DNA from: a virus
Lineage: Duplodnaviria > Caudoviricetes
Virus record (IMG/VR): IMGVR_UViG_3300020577_007690
Location: 10,782 to 74,781 of that record
Direction: 5' to 3' (one strand)
Length of the DNA: 64,000 bases
The notes below the pieces were generated by a model that was not told the origin of the DNA, made no database searches, and saw only the letters and a list, made by a program, of their open reading frames with translations. Position numbers and translations under genes: made by a program. Of this stretch, positions 1 to 8,544 are shown piece after piece. Numbering within the stretch: the first letter of the stretch is position 1; each line of letters begins with the position of its first letter.

Positions 1-8
1 GCGGCAGG

Positions 9-497
9 ATGAAGTGCTTCTCCTGCAAGGGGAAGGGGAAGCGCTACAAGCGGATTCCGTCCTTCAGCAAAGACGACATCAAGATCGACCCGCACCGGAT
101 CTGGGTGTGCAGCGGACACCGCCAGTCGGACAGCCTCGACCGTCGCGCCTGGCTCTCCTCCATGGCGACCGGGAGCGGGCGCAACAACCCCTGGCGCGGT
201 GGCTACTCCAGCGGCGTCATCGGCCTCGACAAGAAGAACTTCCGCGCCTACCCCATCGCGGAGTGGAGCACGAAGGATGTGCTCTCCTTCAACCAGTACC
301 GCAACATCCCGCCGCCCGCGCAGCTCGGCAAGGCGAACCAGGGTGGCCTCGACCTCTCGGAGAAGTGCATGCTGTGGCTGTGGGCTCACGCGCGAGCCGA
401 CTACTGGCGCGTGCTCGAAGTGTTCCCGCACGCGCACGCTCACGTCGCGGCGCGCGGACTCGATCAGGAAGCGACGCCGTCCGTCTCGTCTGTCTGA
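9..497 (+). CDS. PAPS-reductase/PP-loop family protein, C-terminal part (probably 5'-truncated by the window edge)
   Basis: Motifs SGHRQSDSLDRR, YPIAEWSTKDVLSF and DYWRVLEVFP resemble phage PAPS-reductase-like proteins that accompany ParB genes. Confidence 0.65.
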   Translation: MKCFSCKGKGKRYKRIPSFSKDDIKIDPHRIWVCSGHRQSDSLDRRAWLSSMATGSGRNNPWRGGYSSGVIGLDKKNFRAYPIAEWSTKDVLSFNQYRNIPPPAQLGKANQGGLDLSEKCMLWLWAHARADYWRVLEVFPHAHAHVAARGLDQEATPSVSSV

Positions 498-853
498 GAC
501 ACGCCTGGTGGCGGCGGTGCCTTCGGGAAGTCAATGCCCTCTTCTCTCGCCTTGCGGATCGCGTTCGTGACGGTGGGCTCCTTCAGCTCGACCAGCTTCG
601 CTGCCTTCCAACGCGGCATCCCATAATCACGCACGTACGAAGCAGCGATCCACCGTTTGTTGGTGAAGTCGATCTTGTTGCCGACACCCGGCTTGCGCTT
701 GATGCCGACAGAGCGCCGCCAAATCGCCACCGTTTCCGACGAGTTGATGCCGAGCTTGGTGGCTATCGCTTCATCCAACTCACCCTGCCTGGCGAGCTTG
801 ATGGCCGCGTGCTTGACGTCGTCTGAATATGCCGCGTGCTTGATACGGCCCAT
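464..853 (-). CDS. Helix-turn-helix DNA-binding protein (two HTH-like segments)
   Basis: AIKLARQGELDEAIATKLGINSSETVAIW and RWKAAKLVELKEPTVTNAIRK; GGAGGT Shine-Dalgarno (SD) upstream. Confidence 0.65.
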   Translation of the reverse strand: MGRIKHAAYSDDVKHAAIKLARQGELDEAIATKLGINSSETVAIWRRSVGIKRKPGVGNKIDFTNKRWIAASYVRDYGMPRWKAAKLVELKEPTVTNAIRKAREEGIDFPKAPPPPGVSQTDETDGVAS

Positions 854-890
854 CTATACCTCCAGGCCAAGAAGTGTACAATCACCACCC

Positions 891-1745
891 ATGAGCGACA
901 ATCAGGAACAGACGAGCAGCGCGGCAGGTCTGGAAGATGCTCTCGACAAGAAGGAGGGCAAGAAGACGCGACGCAAGCGCGCAGCCAAGCCCACCGTCGA
1001 GAAGGTGGCGGAGGGTGGGCTCGCGCCGCCGATCAAGTACGAGATCTTCGTCCCCACGCAGATGAACCGCACGGAACTGAAGAGCGCGCCCTACAACGAC
1101 AAGGTGCGCTACATGAACGACTTCGTGAAGGAACGACTGCGGGACAGCATCAAGCGCGGCTTGTTCCGTCCCCCCCTGTGGAACAAGCGCACCGGCAACC
1201 TCGTCGCCGGTCATCAGCGGCTGGAACAGCTCGATGCACTCGCCGAGACGGACAACTACTCCCTGACCGTGCTCGTCATCGACGTGGACGAGACGGAAGA
1301 GGAGCGCATCTCGGTGGCGGACAACAACAGCGCGCTTCAGGGGCAGTACCAGGCGGACGGCCTGTCGGAGATCATGCTGAGCTGGAAGGCGCAGGGCATC
1401 GAGCCTGCTGCCGCTGGCTTCGAAGCGTTCGACCTTCAGCAGCTCGGCGTGACACCCATCCTGTTCGACGTGGGCATCGAGACAGGTGCAGCAGAGAAGG
1501 CAGTCGCTGACCTGGAAGCGATCGGGCAGATGAAGGATCTGCGCAAGCAGCACAAGGTGAACGACCGCAAGCGCGAGACGGAGGAGTCGAGCCAGATCAC
1601 CATCGTCTGCAAGGGCAGCGCCGAGTTCGAAACGCTGATGAAGCGGCTCGGCAGGAAGCCGGAGGATGACACCTACATCCCCGGATGGCAGCTCCTCAAG
1701 GCGCTCGGCATCAGCCTGAAGAAGGACGACGACGAGGACGACTAG
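891..1745 (+). CDS. ParB/Srx-like N-terminal domain protein
   Basis: APYN...LWNKRTGNLVAGHQRL...N motif typical of phage ParB-like proteins; start placed at ATG 891 (MSDNQ), 8 nt after a TACAAT -10. Confidence 0.8.
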   Translation: MSDNQEQTSSAAGLEDALDKKEGKKTRRKRAAKPTVEKVAEGGLAPPIKYEIFVPTQMNRTELKSAPYNDKVRYMNDFVKERLRDSIKRGLFRPPLWNKRTGNLVAGHQRLEQLDALAETDNYSLTVLVIDVDETEEERISVADNNSALQGQYQADGLSEIMLSWKAQGIEPAAAGFEAFDLQQLGVTPILFDVGIETGAAEKAVADLEAIGQMKDLRKQHKVNDRKRETEESSQITIVCKGSAEFETLMKRLGRKPEDDTYIPGWQLLKALGISLKKDDDEDD

Positions 1746-1958
1746 CTACCAACTGCACCAGACGATGTAACATTCGACGGGCATCTCTTCTTTCTCCAAC
1801 CACGCCTTGAACTTCGGGTTGTATTCCGGGTTGAAAATGCGCCCAGAGTCGTTGCTGAATCTCTCCAGCACCTCGTCACGTACATCGTCTGGAAGCACGC
1901 TATCACTGATGATGCCGTACTTGGCGTAGTGCCCGGCGTGCTTGTTCTTATCAGCCAT
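1746..1958 (-). CDS. Hypothetical protein (70 aa)
   Basis: GGGAG SD; start overlaps the stop of the upstream gene. Confidence 0.55.
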   Translation of the reverse strand: MADKNKHAGHYAKYGIISDSVLPDDVRDEVLERFSNDSGRIFNPEYNPKFKAWLEKEEMPVECYIVWCSW

Positions 1959-2278
1959 CACAGCTCCCTCGCCACCGCCAGCGCGTAGCAGGAAACCGTC
2001 AGCGCCTGAAGCAGGCGCACGACGATGAGCAGGTGCCACAAGTCTGCGAATCCTGCCCACAGGAAGATGCCGAACCACAGGAGGCCCAGAAGACCGCGCA
2101 CCGCATCGAGCGGCCGACGCTCCCGATCAGAGGTGGAGGGGCTGAGCGCCGCGATCTTTGCGACGGCAGCGCCAGCGAAGAAGATGGCGATGGGCCACCA
2201 CCACACCGGCATGCGCGCGTCGAGCGCTGCCAGGGTGGCGATGACCCACACCGTATAGCTGATCCAGTAGACGATCAT
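1958..2278 (-). CDS. Membrane protein (3-4 TM segments)
   Basis: Strongly hydrophobic 106-aa ORF coupled to its neighbours. Confidence 0.65.
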   Translation of the reverse strand: MIVYWISYTVWVIATLAALDARMPVWWWPIAIFFAGAAVAKIAALSPSTSDRERRPLDAVRGLLGLLWFGIFLWAGFADLWHLLIVVRLLQALTVSCYALAVAREL

Positions 2279-3207
2279 GACGCCGCAGGCTCCGGCGCCT
2301 TGTCCTTCTTCGTGGGGAGCTTCTCCAGCTTGTGCTTGATGCTCATGTACTGGGCACGCTCGGCGGGGTCCTTGATGGGCATGATCTGCGAGGACAGCGC
2401 ACCATCGACCAGCGCAATGAGCTTGTCGCGCTCAATGACCGTCATGCGCTCCCAGGTGACGCGCGGGGCCTTCTCGACCTCGTCTTCGGGCGTCTCGCCG
2501 CGGAGGGCCGCCTTGCGGCCCTTGTCGTCCTCTGCCGACAGGTACGTCTCGATGACGGCGGCCTGCGCCTCGTGGTCGGGGAAGCGCTTGCACAGCAGGA
2601 TGGCGTCGGGGAGGATGAGCACCTCCTTGGCGACAGCCTCTTGCACCGCGGGCGACGAGGCCAGGATGCCGTTCGGCGACACGGCGCGGCGCAGCTCGCC
2701 AGGGTTGCGGAAGAAGTTGGGGAACTTCTTCAGCACGTCCTCCTCGGTGACGCCGAGGTTGAGCATGTCGTACGCCGTCGTGATCCGCGTCATGGCATCG
2801 TTGCCCTTGCGGACCTCATTCTCGGAGATGTACTTGTCGCGCAGCTCCGCGTCGCTCATGCGCTGCTCCATGAGCACGCCGATGGTGATCGGGGGCTCAT
2901 TGCGCTCCGCGCGTCGCTTGTTGACCTCGCGGCAGGCGATGACGCGCCGATTGCCGAACGCCGTCTCCTTCAGCCACTCCCCGTTGGCCTGGCGAAGGCG
3001 AACGGTGATGAGCTGAAGCACACCCTGCTTCTCGATGTCATTGATCAGCTCGATCATCTGCGGATCTTCGAGCCGGTAGCGCATGCTGCGCAGCGGGGTG
3101 TGCAGCGTGTGACCGAGATCAGCCACGGTGAGGAGATCCTCGGGCTTGAACCGCGCGAAGTCTCCTCGACCAGCCGCGCCTGCCTTCTTCAGTTGCTCCG
3201 AACCCAT
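2275..3207 (-). CDS. ParB/RepB/Spo0J-family protein
   Basis: ELINDIEKQGVLQLITVR...GNRRVIAC...ISENEVR ParB signature followed by an HTH-like region; GGAGG SD. Confidence 0.8.
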   Translation of the reverse strand: MGSEQLKKAGAAGRGDFARFKPEDLLTVADLGHTLHTPLRSMRYRLEDPQMIELINDIEKQGVLQLITVRLRQANGEWLKETAFGNRRVIACREVNKRRAERNEPPITIGVLMEQRMSDAELRDKYISENEVRKGNDAMTRITTAYDMLNLGVTEEDVLKKFPNFFRNPGELRRAVSPNGILASSPAVQEAVAKEVLILPDAILLCKRFPDHEAQAAVIETYLSAEDDKGRKAALRGETPEDEVEKAPRVTWERMTVIERDKLIALVDGALSSQIMPIKDPAERAQYMSIKHKLEKLPTKKDKAPEPAAS

Positions 3208-3231
3208 TCTTCATATCCTCCGTTGGAACGT

Positions 3232-3540
3232 TTACTCGTCGTCATCGTCGTCAGTCTGCACCACGGGCTGGCTCAGACTGGCAATTCCAGCGCGCAGCTC
3301 TCGCGCGGTCGGCAAACGACCGTTCTTCTGCGAGAACCACCCTGCGTAGTCAACACGCACACGCAGCTCATCGTAGAGGCGGTAGAACGTGTCCTCGTAC
3401 TGATCAAGGGGGACAGCGTTCAGACCGACAGCGAATTCAGCACGGCGGTTGCCGAACTGAACCGTCGGGAACGTACCCCCAAGCGTAATCTGGAGACTGC
3501 GCGTGGGCTGTGCAGCCGCACGCGGCTTCTTCTCTGCCAT
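3232..3540 (-). CDS. Hypothetical protein, first gene of box-1 operon
   Basis: CAGGAGG SD, promoter directly upstream, acidic C-terminus. Confidence 0.65.
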   Translation of the reverse strand: MAEKKPRAAAQPTRSLQITLGGTFPTVQFGNRRAEFAVGLNAVPLDQYEDTFYRLYDELRVRVDYAGWFSQKNGRLPTARELRAGIASLSQPVVQTDDDDDE

Positions 3541-3557
3541 GCCGTCCTCCTGCTTGT

Positions 3558-3605
3558 AGTCTAACAACGAGCGCCCAGGTTTCTAACACCGGACGTTCGT
3601 TCAGG
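3558..3605 (-). promoter_or_regulatory. CTGAAC-box promoter 1
   Basis: Box 3589-3605 (sense CCTGAACGAACGTCCGG), TTAGAA-N17-TAGACT; 25 nt from box to -10. Confidence 0.75.
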
Positions 3606-3624
3606 AGAACGATGTCAGACGATG

Positions 3625-4053
3625 CTAGGTGGGCGGAGTCGTGACAATCGCTGTGGCGACCAGGCGCCACTCGCGATTGACCGCACTTCGAAGTGTTGCG
3701 GTGAAGGGGTGCCACTCGCCCATGACAAGGCGCTCTCCGGTGCGCTCATCGAGCGAGAGCCACGACCAGCGGTTGCCCCTGACGATGATGGCGTTGCAGT
3801 CATCTGCACGCTGCGGATCGCCATAGACGTAGAACAGATCGCCTGTCTGGATGCCCAGGATCAGCTCTTCGATGGGGCGCCTCGACAGCGCCTCCACGCG
3901 ATCCATGGGCGTCGTCGGCGCGAGACATCCCCCTCCGGGGTCCGTCTTCTCCTCGACGTAGGAAGAGGACTGTTGCGATGGTGCGATGCGTGTACGGCCC
4001 GATCTGGAACCGCCGGGAACCGTCGCCTCCTCGGTGAAGTCGCTGAACATCAT
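3625..4053 (-). CDS. Hypothetical protein
   Basis: GAGGGAGG SD upstream of ATG 4053; GC3-biased codons. Confidence 0.6.
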   Translation of the reverse strand: MMFSDFTEEATVPGGSRSGRTRIAPSQQSSSYVEEKTDPGGGCLAPTTPMDRVEALSRRPIEELILGIQTGDLFYVYGDPQRADDCNAIIVRGNRWSWLSLDERTGERLVMGEWHPFTATLRSAVNREWRLVATAIVTTPPT

Positions 4054-4133
4054 GAACCTCCCTCTGTCCCCCAGAGAAACGTGTGCCCTAAACACAGGCT
4101 GTGCAAGCGCAAGGGCAAAATCGTCACGCTCAC

Positions 4134-4181
4134 ATCGTATCTGTGGCAGGCCGCCACAGCAAGAGGGGACGTGCGTTCAGT
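4134..4181 (-). promoter_or_regulatory. CTGAAC-box promoter 2
   Basis: Box 4165-4181 (sense ACTGAACGCACGTCCCC), TTGCTG-N17-TACGAT; 25 nt from box to -10; hairpin at 4141-4159 within the spacer. Confidence 0.65.
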
Positions 4182-4199
4182 GAGCGAGCCTACATCTGA

Positions 4200-4493
4200 C
4201 TACGCCGAAAACTCCGGCAGACCTGGAAGCCAGGGAACCTTGTGCTTCGCCTCCTTGAAGCAGACCTTGCAGAAGCGCTTCTGGCCCCTGTCACTCGTCG
4301 GAACGCGCGACGGCGTCCACGTATTGCGCGGGTCCGGCATCGTCTTCGAATCGAGCAAGGCGGAGAGCTTCTCCGCAGGGGAGAGAGGCTCCAGCCTGTA
4401 CTTGCAGACCGTCGTGGTGCCACCGTCAAGGGTGCGATGCACGCGAGACGGCATGCGGCACGAATCGAGCCAGCCGATGCGGTGTCCACTCAT
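4200..4493 (-). CDS. Hypothetical protein with CxxC
   Basis: ATGA overlap with the upstream gene; CKVC motif. Confidence 0.6.
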   Translation of the reverse strand: MSGHRIGWLDSCRMPSRVHRTLDGGTTTVCKYRLEPLSPAEKLSALLDSKTMPDPRNTWTPSRVPTSDRGQKRFCKVCFKEAKHKVPWLPGLPEFSA

Positions 4494-4795
4494 GGGCTTC
4501 GCTTCGAAGCTTCCTGGCGAACAGCGTCGCAGGAGATCAGCTCGATGGGTGGTCCCGGCGGAAGAGCGCAGACCATGCCGTTGCGCACGCAGACGTTGAT
4601 GACGCCGCCGGTATACCCGGCAGTCTCCGCGCGCTCCACGATCACGTCGATCGCGTGGCACTGAAGGCACTGGTAGGGGCCGATGGCGATCGAGCCGTCT
4701 CCGAAGTGCGGACCCATCTTGTTGCGGGTCAGCCACTGGAAAGTCAGGCCGAGGTTGTCGGACTTGATGTCGATGCCTTTCCTCTTGCGACCCAT
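4490..4795 (-). CDS. Hypothetical Cys-containing protein
   Basis: GGAGG SD; CLQC motif. Confidence 0.6.
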   Translation of the reverse strand: MGRKRKGIDIKSDNLGLTFQWLTRNKMGPHFGDGSIAIGPYQCLQCHAIDVIVERAETAGYTGGVINVCVRNGMVCALPPGPPIELISCDAVRQEASKRSP

Positions 4796-4800
4796 CGCGA

Positions 4801-5376
4801 TCAGCCTCCCTTGCCGAAGCGAGCGCAGTTGTGAGCGCCGCACCATACGTCGATGAGGAACTCGCGCTCGATCTCCTTCTCGCCCCGCTTCCACTTCGCG
4901 TGCAGGATGAGATAGTCGATGTGATTCTTCTTCTCGACGTGGATGGGCGCGTTGCCGGCATCCAAGTAGACCTCCCAGCTCAGGGAGGCATCCGAGGGCA
5001 GACCCTCGATCGCGGAGCGTATGCGTGGTTGCTCGCAAGAGCCGAGGTGCCAGTACCCCTTGAGGGGGCGGTACGCCTCCGTGTAATGGTGGTACGGCGG
5101 CGCCCAGAAGTCGTTGCCGCTCTGGACCTTGACCAGCTTCGCGGGTAGCACGTCGGCTGCGTCAGTGTAGCCGTTGCGGACGATGCCCTTCATGGGCAGG
5201 TTGAAGGTCCCACCGCCGGACAGCTTGAAGTGGACGACGAAGTCGAAGTCGTCGCGCCACGAGTCGCGGCCCGGTGTCGCGTCGCCGTTCATGCCGATGA
5301 GCATGTACTTGCGCAGCGCGGAACGCAGTTGCACGAGTGTATCGTTGGGCTTGATGCGTGTCTCTTCGTTGACCAT
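4801..5376 (-). CDS. Hypothetical protein (191 aa)
   Basis: GATAGGAGG SD upstream of ATG 5376; strong GC3 bias. Confidence 0.7.
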   Translation of the reverse strand: MVNEETRIKPNDTLVQLRSALRKYMLIGMNGDATPGRDSWRDDFDFVVHFKLSGGGTFNLPMKGIVRNGYTDAADVLPAKLVKVQSGNDFWAPPYHHYTEAYRPLKGYWHLGSCEQPRIRSAIEGLPSDASLSWEVYLDAGNAPIHVEKKNHIDYLILHAKWKRGEKEIEREFLIDVWCGAHNCARFGKGG

Positions 5377-5611
5377 GATGGTCCTCCTATCGAGTTGGGA
5401 TAGGGGCCGCGCTTCGTACGCGGTCCACTGCGTTGGAGTCCCCAACCAGGCTTGGGATTCTTCGAACCCGCGAAGCCTGGTTGAGAATGCCGACACTCTG
5501 GCGTGTGGGTCGATTCAGAGGTGTCAGACTGGAACGACTGCGGCGAATGCGTTCCGCAGTCAGGACAAGTCCACCCCTTCTTGTGACCTAGCAGCTCAGC
5601 TACCGAGGCCA

Positions 5612-5815
5612 TCAGATGTACTCCACAGTCAGACGGTGGAAGCTCGTGCCCCAACGCCAGATCTGGAAGTACGACTGATCCTGCCATGTCATGCGCAGCT
5701 CGGGTCCGCACACGCAATCCGGGTGCAGAGCAGTCCGCGCCAGCGAGATGAACGGGCAATCCATCCGATCACGACCCACGTACAACGTTCGTCCAAACAA
5801 TCGAGCCAAGATCAT
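5612..5815 (-). CDS. Hypothetical protein
   Basis: GATAGGAGG SD. Confidence 0.55.
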   Translation of the reverse strand: MILARLFGRTLYVGRDRMDCPFISLARTALHPDCVCGPELRMTWQDQSYFQIWRWGTSFHRLTVEYI

Positions 5816-5885
5816 CGGCTCCTCCTATCGTTCATGACTGACGGCGAGTCGAAAGACTCGCGCGGCAGGGATGAAGGATGGAAGA

Positions 5886-6074
5886 TCAGGTGCGCGCCGC
5901 TGCGACGATCTTTTTGACCTCCGGGTCTCGCGATCGGTTGAGCATCTCGCACAGCGACCGACACATGGTGTCAGCGTCTGCTGGATGTGTTGCACCCTCT
6001 CGACCAATCGAGATGAACGGGCGATCGTCGAGGTAGATCTGCCGTCCAGCTTGCACGGTGAACTTCTTGGGCAT
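5886..6074 (-). CDS. Hypothetical protein
   Basis: GGAGG SD. Confidence 0.6.
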   Translation of the reverse strand: MPKKFTVQAGRQIYLDDRPFISIGREGATHPADADTMCRSLCEMLNRSRDPEVKKIVAAART

Positions 6075-6243
6075 CAGTCCTCCAGGTACGATTCTTCAAT
6101 CGTACCGTCCTCTACATTGACGCGCACAGCTTCACGCAGGGTCTGTGTTGTCTCGCTGTCGTAGCACTGGATACCGACTCTTTCGAGCAGCTCGACGCAG
6201 CGCTCACGCGGGAGCTTCCAGATCTTGGCGCGTGTCTCTTTCG

Positions 6244-6810
6244 TCAAGGCTTCCTCCAGGTCGTCTCGTCCTTCGACGGCTCACCGTTCGGGCGGTAGCC
6301 GAGCGCGTGTAGAATGCGCTCTGCGCGACCATGGTGCAGGTTGCCGTTCGGGTCCTCCGCTCGCGCTTGCGCCGTCGTGATCTCGTAGCGCGTCGGCTGC
6401 ATGGTGAGACGCAGCTTGTCGCCAGGGTACATCGGCGAGCACCCGGATTTCGGTGGTGACTCCAGCCTCCCATCGTCGATGAGCGACTGCGCCTTGCTCA
6501 TGTCGAGCGGTAGAATCAGCTCGAACATGGTGCCGGAGCCCGGCACCTCCGGGTCGCAGACGATACCATATGCCATAAGCCACACCGCGAACGCCTCGGG
6601 TGTCTCGAAGGCGGTCCAGCTCAGAGCAGCGCTACGCGGCGAGTAGATCAGGAACTCGTAGTTGTGCGAGACCCGCATCGCCTTCTGATCGGCGCTCAGG
6701 CGATACGCCATGACACGCTTGCCTGGGTTCTCCAGAATCTCTTGCTCGGTATCATCGTATCCGAGCGACTGGCACATGTGCGCCAGCTCGTAATTGCCTC
6801 TTCGGAGCAT
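6244..6810 (-). CDS. Hypothetical protein (188 aa)
   Basis: GATAGGAGGGAG SD; GC3 bias. Confidence 0.7.
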   Translation of the reverse strand: MLRRGNYELAHMCQSLGYDDTEQEILENPGKRVMAYRLSADQKAMRVSHNYEFLIYSPRSAALSWTAFETPEAFAVWLMAYGIVCDPEVPGSGTMFELILPLDMSKAQSLIDDGRLESPPKSGCSPMYPGDKLRLTMQPTRYEITTAQARAEDPNGNLHHGRAERILHALGYRPNGEPSKDETTWRKP

Positions 6811-6836
6811 TGCTCCCTCCTATCATCAACTCACGC

Positions 6837-6866
6837 GCACCGTGGAGCGGTGAGGCTCCACGGTGC
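6837..6866. terminator. GC-rich hairpin (terminator or processing site)
   Basis: GCACCGTGGAGC-6nt-GCTCCACGGTGC, 12-bp perfect intergenic stem; no clear U tract. Confidence 0.55.
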
Positions 6867-6870
6867 TCCG

Positions 6871-7251
6871 TCAGGCGACGAGCGGAATGGTGGACGGGTC
6901 GATCTCGGACAGCCACCGAGAGCCGATGATCTGGCCGTGCTTGATGATGACCCGTGCGAAGTGGTCGAAGATGATCACTTCGAAGTGCAAGTGATCACGG
7001 TCGATGGTGATCATGTTCGCGTTGACGAACGCGATCAGATCGCCGCTCGGGTAAACCGCGAGACTCGCCAGCCGCTTGCTTGGCGAGACACGGCAGTCCG
7101 TCACGATGCAGTACGGACCGATCTGCATCCCGCCTTTCGACTTCGGCGAGGCGAACGGCATCTTCGGATTGTGACCGCTCGGGTACTTCTCGAAGCGCGA
7201 GAAGAAGTCGTGGAAACTTCGCTTCTCGGGCATGTACAGCTTGTCCGACAT
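6871..7251 (-). CDS. Hypothetical protein (126 aa)
   Basis: GATAGGAGG SD. Confidence 0.65.
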   Translation of the reverse strand: MSDKLYMPEKRSFHDFFSRFEKYPSGHNPKMPFASPKSKGGMQIGPYCIVTDCRVSPSKRLASLAVYPSGDLIAFVNANMITIDRDHLHFEVIIFDHFARVIIKHGQIIGSRWLSEIDPSTIPLVA

Positions 7252-7362
7252 TGGACCTCCTATCTACTGCTCAGAAGAAGAGCGTGGGCGACCAGCTCCA
7301 CGACCGGATGTCTCTGTGCTCCTGCGCGTCCATGACGCAGAAGTACCGGGTGCTCCTCTGCT

Positions 7363-7390
7363 GAGCGGTAGGCAGGAGCGCCTACCGCTC
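7363..7390. terminator. GC-rich hairpin
   Basis: GAGCGGTAGGC-6nt-GCCTACCGCTC, 11-bp intergenic stem. Confidence 0.5.
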
Positions 7391-7394
7391 GCCG

Positions 7395-7631
7395 TCACGC
7401 CGACGGATTGAGGTAGTAGCGATCCGGGTCCGGCTTGCCACCGTAGCGACGCGCCAGCTCCGCTGCCGGAAGCTTCCGGCACAAGATCAGATCCGGCATA
7501 CCGATCCGATGGATCGGATCACAGTCGATGCCGCTGCGCAGCATGGCGCGCAACATGGTCCGAATGCGACCATGCGCCGCGCGCTTGCTTGCCTTGCGCG
7601 CCATTCGGTCGCGCTTGTCTCCGTTTGCCAT
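7395..7631 (-). CDS. Small basic hypothetical protein
   Basis: GATAGGAGG SD. Confidence 0.6.
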   Translation of the reverse strand: MANGDKRDRMARKASKRAAHGRIRTMLRAMLRSGIDCDPIHRIGMPDLILCRKLPAAELARRYGGKPDPDRYYLNPSA

Positions 7632-7643
7632 CTCTTGATCCTC

Positions 7644-7814
7644 CTATCCGAGACTGCGCACACGCTTGCGCTGGAAACTCGGCGAGGACACCTTGCGCGC
7701 ATCGCGCATAGGCGCCTTGACCACCGTCTTAGGTCCGACCACGAAAGCACCGCGCACACTGGCGAGCACCTTCGCCGCAATCGGATCGATCGCGTCCGGC
7801 TTGTCACGCTTCAT
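7644..7814 (-). CDS. Small basic hypothetical protein (56 aa, not in ORF track)
   Basis: MKRDKPDAIDPIAAK...RSLG; GATAGGAGG SD; its stop lies inside the SD of the next gene. Confidence 0.55.
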   Translation of the reverse strand: MKRDKPDAIDPIAAKVLASVRGAFVVGPKTVVKAPMRDARKVSSPSFQRKRVRSLG

Positions 7815-7942
7815 AGTGCGATCCTCCTATCGATCGGCGCACAGATACGCAGCGTCAACACGCTAGCGCTCGCATGCTCATTTCAGTGCACCTATGCGCC
7901 GATCGATAGCCTGTAGCGCTCCGCGGAGCGCTACAGCGTGGA

Positions 7943-8095
7943 TCAACGCCAATCCGCTGGCGCTACCTGTAGCATGTCGCGATCGTCACGCAAAACGATC
8001 GCGACATGCGCGGCATTCATTCGCCGCGCGCGGCGAATTGCAACGATCAGAGCAGACTCCGAAGGATTGACAACAATTATCCGTTTAGTTTCCAT
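7943..8095 (-). CDS. Small protein METKRIIVVN...(50 aa) starting inside the left inverted-repeat arm
   Basis: Start codon mirrors ATG 8537 in the right arm. Confidence 0.45.
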   Translation of the reverse strand: METKRIIVVNPSESALIVAIRRARRMNAAHVAIVLRDDRDMLQVAPADWR

Positions 8096-8195
8096 CTCTC
8101 ACTCCGTCCTTTCACCACCTAGTCTAGTCACGCTTCACAGGATTCCAACACTGAACAAACAACTATTTTGTTCAGTGCTGCTTTTCCTGTCCTAC
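8088..8195 (-). repeat. Left arm of ~107-bp inverted repeat
   Basis: Reverse complement of 8439-8544 apart from a 2-nt indel, one substitution and a small local rearrangement. Confidence 0.95.
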
Positions 8196-8288
8196 CTGGT
8201 ATCAGCCTCTAGACTAGCTCCATTTCAACGCAGGATGAGCTAGGACAAGCGATCGGCGTCTACCTGGTACACCTATACAGGCTTCAAG

Positions 8289-8297
8289 TTATCCACA
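8289..8297 (+). promoter_or_regulatory. Consensus DnaA box TTATCCACA
   Basis: Exact 9-mer in the low-GC spacer between the inverted repeats. Confidence 0.55.
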
Positions 8298-8438
8298 GGC
8301 TACAGGAGAGTAGGCAATTGGTCCAACCATCCGATATCTGACCATTGGATGGTAGGATATCCTACCTGTAGGTTATTGGATGGTTGGATAGGTGGTTATC
8401 GGATGGCTCAATGGTCCAACCATCCAATGTGTGCTGAT

Positions 8439-8544
8439 GTAGGACAGGAAAAGCAGCACTGAACAAAATAGTTTGTTGTTCAGTGTTGGAATCCGGTGAA
8501 GCGTGACTAGACTAGGTGGTGAAAGGACGGAGTGAGATGGAAAC
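8439..8544 (+). repeat. Right arm of ~107-bp inverted repeat, carrying an outward promoter, SD and ATG
   Basis: Contains CACTGAACAA..TTGTTCAGTG palindrome, TTGGAA-N16-TAGACT, GAAAGGA/GGAG SD and ATGGAAAC. Confidence 0.95.

Noticed and set aside
8196-8438. Short repeats in the spacer as a CRISPR array
   Set aside because: Only two 13-bp direct copies plus inverted partial copies, with no regular spacers and no cas genes
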